Assembly: GCA_964481735.1 (NCBI GenBank)
Contig: CAYZWR010000005.1
Coordinates: 1 to 61,905 of the forward strand
Source: an uncultured Thermoanaerobaculia bacterium
GTDB lineage: Bacteria; Acidobacteriota; Thermoanaerobaculia; Multivoradales; JAGPDF01
Direction: 5' to 3'
DNA length: 61,905 nucleotides
The position numbers were made by a program, and so were the translations under genes. Numbering within the stretch: the stretch's first letter is position 1; each line of letters begins with the position of its first letter. The notes beneath the pieces are model-generated. The model saw only the letters and a list, made by a program, of their open reading frames with translations. It was not told the origin of the DNA and did not search any database. Below are positions 54,160 through 61,905 of this stretch, piece after piece.

Positions 54160-55395
54160 ATGTACCTGCGCAACTATCTGCGCCAGTTCATGCGGGATGT
54201 CCGCGCGCAGAAGCTGCGCCTCTTCCTGACCGTCTTCGGCATCGTCTGGGGCACGGCGGCGGTGACGTTGATGCTCGCCTTCGGCCAAGGCCTGCATCGC
54301 CAGGTCATGGTGGCGCAGAAGGGCCTGGGCGACGCCATCGTGATCGCCTGGCCGTCGCGCACCAGCAAGCCCTGGCAGGGGTTGCCGCGCGGCCGCCGGA
54401 TCCAGCTCGTGAACGAGGACGTCGAGTTGATGCGGCGGGAGGTCGAGGAGATCGGGCGGATCAGCGGCGAGTACTCGCAGGACGGCGCCCGCATCGCGCA
54501 CGGCAAGAAGGCGCTCTCCGTCGACGTCTCCGGCGCCAACGTCGAGTTCGGCGTGATGCGCAGCCTGTTCCCGCAGGAGGGCGGTCGATACCTCAACCAG
54601 ATGGACCTGGACGAGCGGCGCCGGGTCGTCTTCATCGGCGATCAACTGAAGATCGACCTCTTCGGCGAGACCACGCCGGCGGTGGGGGAGGTGGTGCGTC
54701 TCGACGGCGTGCCGTTCACGGTGGTGGGAGTGATGGTGAAGAAGGAGCAGGACTCCTCCTACAGCGGGCGCGACAAGGACAAGGCGATCATTCCCTCGAC
54801 CACCTTCCAGGCGATCTACGGCGCCAAGTACCTCGAGAACTTCGTCTTCCAGGCGAAGGATGTGCAGCAGGTCGCTGCCGCCAAGAAGAAGGTGCTGGCC
54901 ACGGCGGCGCAGAAATACCGTTTCGATCCGGAAGACGAGGAAGCGGTTCAGATGTGGGACACCACCGAGGGGATGAAGTTCCTCGACACCTTCTTCGTCG
55001 CCTTCCGCAGCTTCCTCGGGATCGTCGGCGCGCTCACCCTGGTGGTGGGCGGCATCGGGGTGAGCAACATCATGAACGTGGTGGTGGAGGAGCGGACGAA
55101 GGAGATCGGCATCAAGATGGCGCTGGGCGCCAAGCGGCGCTACATCATCGGGCAGTTCCTCTTCGAGACACTGTTCATCACGGTCGCCGGCGGGCTCGCC
55201 GGCTTCCTGATCTCCTGGGGTGTCTGCGCGGTCTTCCCCCGATTCGGCCTCGAAGAGTACGTCGGGACGCCGGCGATCTCCTTCCAGGTGGCCGCGATCA
55301 CCACCGCGATCCTCGGCACGATCGGCCTGCTGGCGGGCTTCTTTCCCGCGCGCGTGGCGGCCAACCTCCGACCGGTCGAAGCCTTGAGGATGTAG
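54160..55395 (+). CDS. ABC transporter permease, MacB/FtsX-like (copy 1)
   Basis: N-terminal TM helix, a ~220-aa periplasmic MacB_PCD-like domain, and a C-terminal FtsX 3-TM bundle (KEIGIKMALGAKRRYI). Confidence 0.85.
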   Translation: MYLRNYLRQFMRDVRAQKLRLFLTVFGIVWGTAAVTLMLAFGQGLHRQVMVAQKGLGDAIVIAWPSRTSKPWQGLPRGRRIQLVNEDVELMRREVEEIGRISGEYSQDGARIAHGKKALSVDVSGANVEFGVMRSLFPQEGGRYLNQMDLDERRRVVFIGDQLKIDLFGETTPAVGEVVRLDGVPFTVVGVMVKKEQDSSYSGRDKDKAIIPSTTFQAIYGAKYLENFVFQAKDVQQVAAAKKKVLATAAQKYRFDPEDEEAVQMWDTTEGMKFLDTFFVAFRSFLGIVGALTLVVGGIGVSNIMNVVVEERTKEIGIKMALGAKRRYIIGQFLFETLFITVAGGLAGFLISWGVCAVFPRFGLEEYVGTPAISFQVAAITTAILGTIGLLAGFFPARVAANLRPVEALRM

Positions 55396-55397
55396 CC

Positions 55398-56654
55398 ATG
55401 ACGAACCTGCCGCTCATCCTGAAGCTCTTCCGCCGCTCGGCCGGGATCAACCGCCGCCGCATGACCATGACCGTCGCGGCGATCGCCTGGGGGACCCTGT
55501 CGATCGTCCTGCTGCTCTCCTTCGGCGAGGGGCTCAAGCGCAATCTCACCAAGGGCAGCCGCGGACTGGGCGAAGGAATCATCGTGATCTGGCCGGGCGC
55601 GACCTCGAAGGCCTTCGAGGGTTTCCCCCAGGGGCGCAACCTCCGCTTCGTGCCCGAGGACATCGCCCTGCTCGAGGCCAACATCCCGGAGATCACGCTT
55701 TCTTCGGCGGAGATGCGGCGCTGGGGCAACACGGTGACCTACGGGCGTAGGACGCTCACCAAGCCGGTGGTCGGTGTCGAGCCCTCCTACGGACCGCTGC
55801 GCAACCAGCTGCCGCAATCGGGCGGCCGGTTCCTCAACGACCTGGACGAACTGATGAAACGGCGCGTGGTCTTCCTCGGCGACGAGTTGAAGAACGAGCT
55901 CTTCGCGGAGGCCGACCCGATCGGCGAGACGATCTTCATCAACAAGGTCCCGTTCACGGTCGTCGGCATCATGCAGGACAAGATCCAGATGGGGACCTAC
56001 GGCGGACCCGACGCCAACAACGCGGTGATCCCGTTGTCGACCTTTCGCGCCCTCTTCGGCCGGCGCTACGTCTCCGATCTGGTCGTCCGGGCCGAGCGCC
56101 CGGAGCAGAACGAGGCGGTCAAGAAGCGGCTCTACGAGGTGCTCGGCGGGAAGTACCGCTTCGATCCGACGGACGAGCGCGCCCTGGCGATGTGGGACAC
56201 CGTCGAGTCGCAGAAGATCACGGCCAACATCTCGATCGGAATCGAGCTCTTCCTCGGCATCATCGGCGCCCTGACGCTGCTCATCGGCGGCATCGGAGTC
56301 GCCAACATCATGTACGCGGTGGTCAAGCACCGCACCAAGGAGATCGGTGTGCAGATGGCGCTCGGCGCCCGGCGCTCGTACGTGATCGGGCCCCTGGTCG
56401 TCGAGTCCCTGGCTCTCACCTCCACCGGCGGCGCGATCGGCATCGGCGTCGGCTTCGGGGTCGTCCAATTGCTCGCCTTCCTGCAGTCGAAGGCCGACAG
56501 CGAGGCGCTCGAATTCCTCGGTGCGCCGACGTTCTCCTTCGCGGTGGCGCTGACCACCGTGCTGTTGCTCGGGTCGATCGGCTTCCTGGCCGGGTACTTT
56601 CCATCGCGCCGCGCGGTCACGATCCAGCCCGCCGCTGCGCTGCGTTACGAGTGA
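55398..56654 (+). CDS. ABC transporter permease, MacB/FtsX-like (copy 2, paralogous)
   Basis: Same architecture as copy 1 (KEIGVQMALGARRSYV). The ATG lies 2 nt after the upstream stop. Confidence 0.85.
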   Translation: MTNLPLILKLFRRSAGINRRRMTMTVAAIAWGTLSIVLLLSFGEGLKRNLTKGSRGLGEGIIVIWPGATSKAFEGFPQGRNLRFVPEDIALLEANIPEITLSSAEMRRWGNTVTYGRRTLTKPVVGVEPSYGPLRNQLPQSGGRFLNDLDELMKRRVVFLGDELKNELFAEADPIGETIFINKVPFTVVGIMQDKIQMGTYGGPDANNAVIPLSTFRALFGRRYVSDLVVRAERPEQNEAVKKRLYEVLGGKYRFDPTDERALAMWDTVESQKITANISIGIELFLGIIGALTLLIGGIGVANIMYAVVKHRTKEIGVQMALGARRSYVIGPLVVESLALTSTGGAIGIGVGFGVVQLLAFLQSKADSEALEFLGAPTFSFAVALTTVLLLGSIGFLAGYFPSRRAVTIQPAAALRYE

Positions 56655-56663
56655 GGGCGCGCC

Positions 56664-57410
<747 letters not shown>

Positions 57411-57442
57411 CCGGCCTTCTCCCGGGGGTGTGACGCCGGGGC

Positions 57443-57472
57443 TTGAGCGGCGTCGAGCGGGGCCGCTATCCT
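57443..57472 (+). promoter_or_regulatory. Sigma-70-like promoter (-35 TTGAGC, 18-nt spacer, -10 TATCCT) ending 6 nt before the M48 ATG
   Basis: The hexamers lie at 57443-57448 and 57467-57472. There is no Shine-Dalgarno sequence before the ATG at 57479. Confidence 0.4.
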
Positions 57473-57478
57473 CGCTCC

Positions 57479-58990
57479 ATGAACCCCGATGCGCGTCGTC
57501 TCGAACGCAGATCCCGAGTCGCTTTCGAGCGCTGGGCCGGCCACCGCGCCCGGCAGGTGGCCCGATGGATCGCCGCCGGCGCCCTGCTGGTCACCGGGTG
57601 CGCGACCAACCCGGCCACCGGCAGGAAGCAGCTGAACTTCTACAGCGAGGCGCAGGAGATCCAGCTCGGCCGCGATGCCGACCGGGAGATCAGCGCGCAG
57701 ATGGGCCTGGTCGACGACCCCGAGCTCCAGGCCTACGTGCAGCGCCTGGGCGGCAGGCTCGCGGCGCTCTCCGAGCGGCCGAACCTGCCCTGGACCTTCA
57801 AGGTGATGGACGATCCGATCGTGAACGCCTTCGCCCTGCCCGGCGGCTTCATCTACGTGACGCGGGGGATCCTGGCCCACATGGGATCGGAAGCGGAGCT
57901 GGTCTCGGTGATCGGACACGAGATCGGCCACGTGACCGCGCAGCACGGCGTCAACCAGCTGAGCAAACAGCAGGTGGCGCAAGGGGGCCTGATGGTCGGC
58001 ATGATCGCCCTGCCGGAGATCGCCGCGGCCTCCGACCTGGCGGCGGCGGGGCTCGGCGTGCTCTTCTTGAAGTACGGGCGGGACGACGAGCGGCAGGCGG
58101 ACGACCTCGGTCTGCGCTATCTGGCCGGTGCCGGCTACGAGACCCGCGAGATGCCCGAGATGTTCAAGGTGCTCGAGCGCGTGGGGAGCGGGGGAGGCGA
58201 GGGGCGGATACCGAGCTGGCTTTCGACGCATCCCGACCCGGGCGCGCGTCGGGTGCGCAGCGAGTCGCTGATCGCCGAACGGAAGTACCCGCCGGGCGAG
58301 GTCGGCCGGGAACCCTTCTTCGCCCAGCTCGAGAACCTGGCCTTCGGCGCCGATCCGCGCCTGGGCTACTTCGAGAAAGAGGTCTTCTACCATCCGGAGC
58401 TGCGCTTCCGGATCCGCTTCCCCGCCGGCTGGAAGACGGCCAACGAAACGACGCGCGTCGTCGCCCTCCATCCCGAGCGGCAGGCGCTGGTCGAGCTCAC
58501 TCTGGCCCGCGCCGCGAGCGTGGACGAGGCGGCGCGGGCCTTCGTGGCCCAGGCCGGCATCACGTTGCGCGGCAGCGGGAGCGCGATCCGCCTCAATGGG
58601 CTCCCGGCGGCGCGGGCGGACTTCACGGTCGCCCGGCAGAGCGGCAGCGAGCTCGCCGGGCGCGCGCTGTTCGTCGCCGTGGGCGGCAAGGTCTTCAACC
58701 TGCTCGGCCTGACCACCAGCGAGCGCTGGAGCGCACTCGAGCCGACCCTCGGCGCGGCACTGGCGAGCTTCGCGGAGCTCACCGACCGGGCCCGGCTCGA
58801 GGTCGCGCCGCAGCGCCTGGCGATCGTGCGCCTGCCGGAGGCGATGACCTTCGAGGAGGTCCTGGCGCGCTATCCGAGCGAGGCGCCGCGCGAGACGGTG
58901 CTGGGGGTCAATCAGGTCGACGACCCGACGCAGTCGCTGCCCGCGGGGACGCCGATCAAGCGGATCGTCGGGCGGCGGGTCGGGGATTGA
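57479..58990 (+). CDS. M48-family zinc metalloprotease (secreted or lipoprotein)
   Basis: HEIGHVTAQH (HExxH), a downstream ERQADDLG, and an N-terminal WIAAGALLVTGC lipobox-like signal. Confidence 0.85.
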   Translation: MNPDARRLERRSRVAFERWAGHRARQVARWIAAGALLVTGCATNPATGRKQLNFYSEAQEIQLGRDADREISAQMGLVDDPELQAYVQRLGGRLAALSERPNLPWTFKVMDDPIVNAFALPGGFIYVTRGILAHMGSEAELVSVIGHEIGHVTAQHGVNQLSKQQVAQGGLMVGMIALPEIAAASDLAAAGLGVLFLKYGRDDERQADDLGLRYLAGAGYETREMPEMFKVLERVGSGGGEGRIPSWLSTHPDPGARRVRSESLIAERKYPPGEVGREPFFAQLENLAFGADPRLGYFEKEVFYHPELRFRIRFPAGWKTANETTRVVALHPERQALVELTLARAASVDEAARAFVAQAGITLRGSGSAIRLNGLPAARADFTVARQSGSELAGRALFVAVGGKVFNLLGLTTSERWSALEPTLGAALASFAELTDRARLEVAPQRLAIVRLPEAMTFEEVLARYPSEAPRETVLGVNQVDDPTQSLPAGTPIKRIVGRRVGD

Positions 58991-60240
58991 GCGGCCGCCG
59001 GCCGTTCGCTGCGCTGGCCGCGGTTGCGGCGGGCACTCTGGTCGCCCTGGCGCTCGCCGAAGGGGGGCTTCGATGGCTGGCCCGCTCGACCGACGGCCGA
59101 ACGGCTCCGGCGGACTACGGCGACGTGCACGGCGACACGCTGGGCGAAGGCGGCATGCTGGTCCCGCGATTCGCCGGCGAGGTCGAGGACGGATCCGGCG
59201 GCAGCGTGCCCTGGCGCAACGAGGCGCACGGCTTTCGGGCCGATGGCGACGTGGCGCGCTCGCCGGCGGCGGGAACGTGGCGCCTGCTGTCGCTCGGAGA
59301 CTCCTTCACCGCGGGTTACCGGGTAGGGCAACAGGAGCACTTCTCGCGCCTCCTGGACCGCGAGTGGAACCTGTCCCCCCGGGGTCCTCGGCTCGAGGTC
59401 CTGGTGGCCGCGATCGAGCAGCCGGCGACCGCCTTGGACTATCTGGCGCGCTTCGGCCTCGCCTTCGGACCCGATCTGGTCCTGCTGGGCGTGACGCTGG
59501 GCAACGATCTCGACCAGAGCTACGTAGCGCTGGCTCCGGCGGGCGATTATCGGCTCCGCCCCGGCGAGGACCCGCCGATCGTGCTCAATCCGGACCGCGA
59601 CCCCGCGGCCGAAGTCGCGCGGCTGAAGGACCTCATGCTGCCTGCCGAGTGCGCAGATCCGGCCTCCGCCAGGGCATCGCGCGCCGACGCCGGGCGCAGC
59701 CGATTCCTCCTGGTGGAGCTGGTGCGGACGCTCGCGGCGGAGCGCCGGGGTCGCGCGGGCGAGGCCGTCACACCCCACTTCGGGGACTTCGCGCACCCCC
59801 GCCTCTTCGACGGTAACGGTCTCGGCGCCTGCCTCCGGAGGGCTCCGGCGGACATCGACCTGGCGTGGGAGCGCCTGGCGGGGGTGCTCGCGGCGACCCG
59901 CGACCTGGTGGACCGCCAGGGCTCGCGCCTGGCCCTGGTGGCGTTTCCCCAGCGCTACCAAGTGGCGAGCGCCGACTGGGAGGCAGCCGTCGAAGCCTAC
60001 GGTCTGGTTCCCGCCTGTTTCGATCTTCGGCTGCCGCAGCGCCGCCTGGCCGCCCTCGGAGAGCGCCTCGGGGTGCCGGTGCTGGACCCGACGGCGGTCC
60101 TCGAGTCGGCCGCGAGCTCCGGTCAGGCGCTCTACCTGCCGCGCGGCGACATGCACTGGAGCGCCGCCGGACATCGGGCGGTGGCGCGAGCGCTCGAACC
60201 CCACCTCCACGAGCTCCTGGCGGGGGACCCGCCGCGCTAG
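58987..60240 (+). CDS. Membrane-anchored SGNH/GDSL-like hydrolase
   Basis: TTG start overlapping the M48 stop (TTGA), followed by a TM helix FAALAAVAAGTLVALALA. LLSLGDSFTAGY is block I and GDMHWSAAGHRAVA is a block V-like D..H motif. Confidence 0.65.
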   Translation: MSGRRPFAALAAVAAGTLVALALAEGGLRWLARSTDGRTAPADYGDVHGDTLGEGGMLVPRFAGEVEDGSGGSVPWRNEAHGFRADGDVARSPAAGTWRLLSLGDSFTAGYRVGQQEHFSRLLDREWNLSPRGPRLEVLVAAIEQPATALDYLARFGLAFGPDLVLLGVTLGNDLDQSYVALAPAGDYRLRPGEDPPIVLNPDRDPAAEVARLKDLMLPAECADPASARASRADAGRSRFLLVELVRTLAAERRGRAGEAVTPHFGDFAHPRLFDGNGLGACLRRAPADIDLAWERLAGVLAATRDLVDRQGSRLALVAFPQRYQVASADWEAAVEAYGLVPACFDLRLPQRRLAALGERLGVPVLDPTAVLESAASSGQALYLPRGDMHWSAAGHRAVARALEPHLHELLAGDPPR

Positions 60241-60356
60241 GTGCGGCATCGGCCAGCTCGCCGAGCTGGAGTGCGACGCTGGCTGGCGAGGCGGGCGGGG
60301 CGCGTGACATCCTGCCCGTCCTGGCCAGAGCAGAGAGTGGCCTGAAGGAGCCATGG

Positions 60357-61905
60357 AATGAGCCGGAACGCAGAACGCGAGCGACTCGCCGCCGCGCGAT
60401 CGAACGGGGTGCCCTGGAAGCGCTGGGGCCCCTACCTCAGCGAACGGCAGTGGGGCACGGTGCGCGAGGACTACAGCGACAGCGGGGACGCCTGGAACCA
60501 CTTCACCCACGACCAGGCGCGCTCGCGCGCCTACCGCTGGGGCGAAGACGGGCTCGGCGGGATCTCGGACGACCAGCAGCGCCTCTGTTTCGCGCTGGCG
60601 CTCTGGAATGGACGCGATCCCATCCTCAAGGAACGCGCCTTCGGTCTGGCCAACGGCGAGGGCAACCACGGCGAAGACGTCAAGGAGTGCTACTTCTACC
60701 TCGATTCGACGCCGACGCACTCGTACATGAAGTACCTCTACAAGTACCCGCAGGCGGCGTATCCCTACGACGACCTCGTGCGGACCAACCGGACGCGCGG
60801 CAAGCACGATCCGGAGTACGAGCTGTTGGACACCGGGGTGTTCGACGGGAACCGGTACTTCGATGTCTTCGTCGAGTACGCGAAGGCGTCGCCCGACGAT
60901 CTGCTGATCCGGATCAGCGTGGCGAACCGCGGTCCGGAGGCCGCGGATCTGCACGTGCTGCCTACCCTGTGGTGTCGCAACACGTGGGCTTGGCGCAGCG
61001 ACGCGGCGAAGCCGGAGCTCGTCGCGGTCGCCTCGGCGCCGCAGCCCACGGTACGGTTCCGCGGCGCCGCTGACGGGGCTGCCACGGCGCTGCCGGACTA
61101 CCACCTCGTCTGCGAGGGGGAAGCCGCACTCCTGTTCACCGAGAACGAGAGCAACGACGCGCGCCTCTTCGGCTCGGCCAACATCACTCCCTACGTCAAG
61201 GATGGGATCAACGATTTCCTGGTGCGCGGCGTCGAGGGCGCGGTGAATCCCGAGCGCCGGGGCACGAAGGCGGCGGCGCACTACCAGGTCCGCGTCGCCG
61301 CCGGCGCGACGAAGGTCCTGCGCCTCCGCCTGGCGACGGAGCGGCCCGGCGCGGCGGACGGGGCTTTCGCGGACTTCGACGCGATCTTCGCCGCGCGATT
61401 GCGGGAAGCGGACGACTTCTACGCCTCGATCCTGCCCGCCGGGATGCGCGGCGACGGCGATCGCGCGAACGTCCTGCGCCAGGCGCTCGCCGGGATGATG
61501 TGGACCAAGCAGTACTACCTCTACGACGTGGACCATTGGCTCGACGAGCACGGCGCCGGCGGCCATCTGTCGCCGCTGCGGCGCCGCAGCGTGCGCAACG
61601 GCGACTGGTCCCACATGTTCAACGGCGACGTCATCTCGATGCCGGACAAGTGGGAGTACCCCTGGTACGCCGCCTGGGACCTGGCCTTCCACGTCCTGCC
61701 GCTCGGCATGGTCGACCTGGACTTCGCCAAGGAGCAGCTCGAGCTGATGCTGCGCAACGACTACCTGCACCCGAACGGCCAGCTGCCGGCCTACGAGTGG
61801 AACTTCGGCGACGTCAATCCGCCGGTGCACGCCTGGGCGACGATGAACCTCTACCTGCAGGAGCGCGAGCTGCGGGGCGGCGAAGGCGACCGCCGGTTCC
61901 TCGAA
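60357..61905 (+). pseudogene. GH63-like (MGH1-type) glucosidase gene. It has an apparent +1 frameshift near 61380 as sequenced and is 3'-truncated by the window end
   Basis: Absent from the ORF track because it has no stop within the window. ATG at 60357, 7 nt after AAGGAG. My translation of the frame set by 60357 reads [40 protein letters not shown]...[15 protein letters not shown]...AFADFD up to 61379. From 61381 the protein-like sequence continues in the next frame: [14 protein letters not shown]...MMWTKQYY...[16 protein letters not shown]...[15 protein letters not shown]. Confidence 0.7.

Overview
This 61.9-kb window is visibly very GC-rich (I did not compute the value) and tightly packed. 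It looks like core chromosome of a Gram-negative, possibly Acidobacteriota-like bacterium; the taxon is a guess from gene content. I support 1 tRNA (tRNA-Leu UAA) and about 48 protein-coding genes. Housekeeping genes: dnaB-alr-radA, purC, moaA, malQ, speA, lhr, osmC, sufE with a rhodanese, murJ and trmL. Envelope and glycan genes: a GT39-TPR protein, GT2, GT4, a GH38 mannosidase and a GH63-like glucosidase. Transport genes: an MsbA-like ABC exporter and a MacAB-like module with two permeases. Signalling genes: a Hanks kinase, a standalone EAL protein, a PilZ protein and a divergent class III cyclase-homology protein. I saw no transposase, integrase, phage gene, CRISPR array, toxin-antitoxin pair or recognisable defence system, so I cannot honestly name a clear novel multi-gene system. 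The observations most worth a second look are: (1) a 0.4-kb non-coding, heavily self-complementary stretch upstream of tRNA-Leu (1-426) that matches no RNA family I can recognise; (2) a 666-aa protein (11591-13591, minus strand) with a divergent cyclase domain and a large unassignable N-terminal region; (3) TAnnnT -10-like boxes lying 6-11 nt from start codons, which suggests widespread leaderless transcription; (4) an apparent +1 frameshift in the GH63-like gene near 61380, a gene absent from the supplied ORF track; (5) a GT4 gene with no canonical start codon; (6) a kinase operon that includes a probable pseudo-hydrolase. Many long ORFs in the track are antisense or out-of-frame artefacts of the high GC content, and I rejected them.
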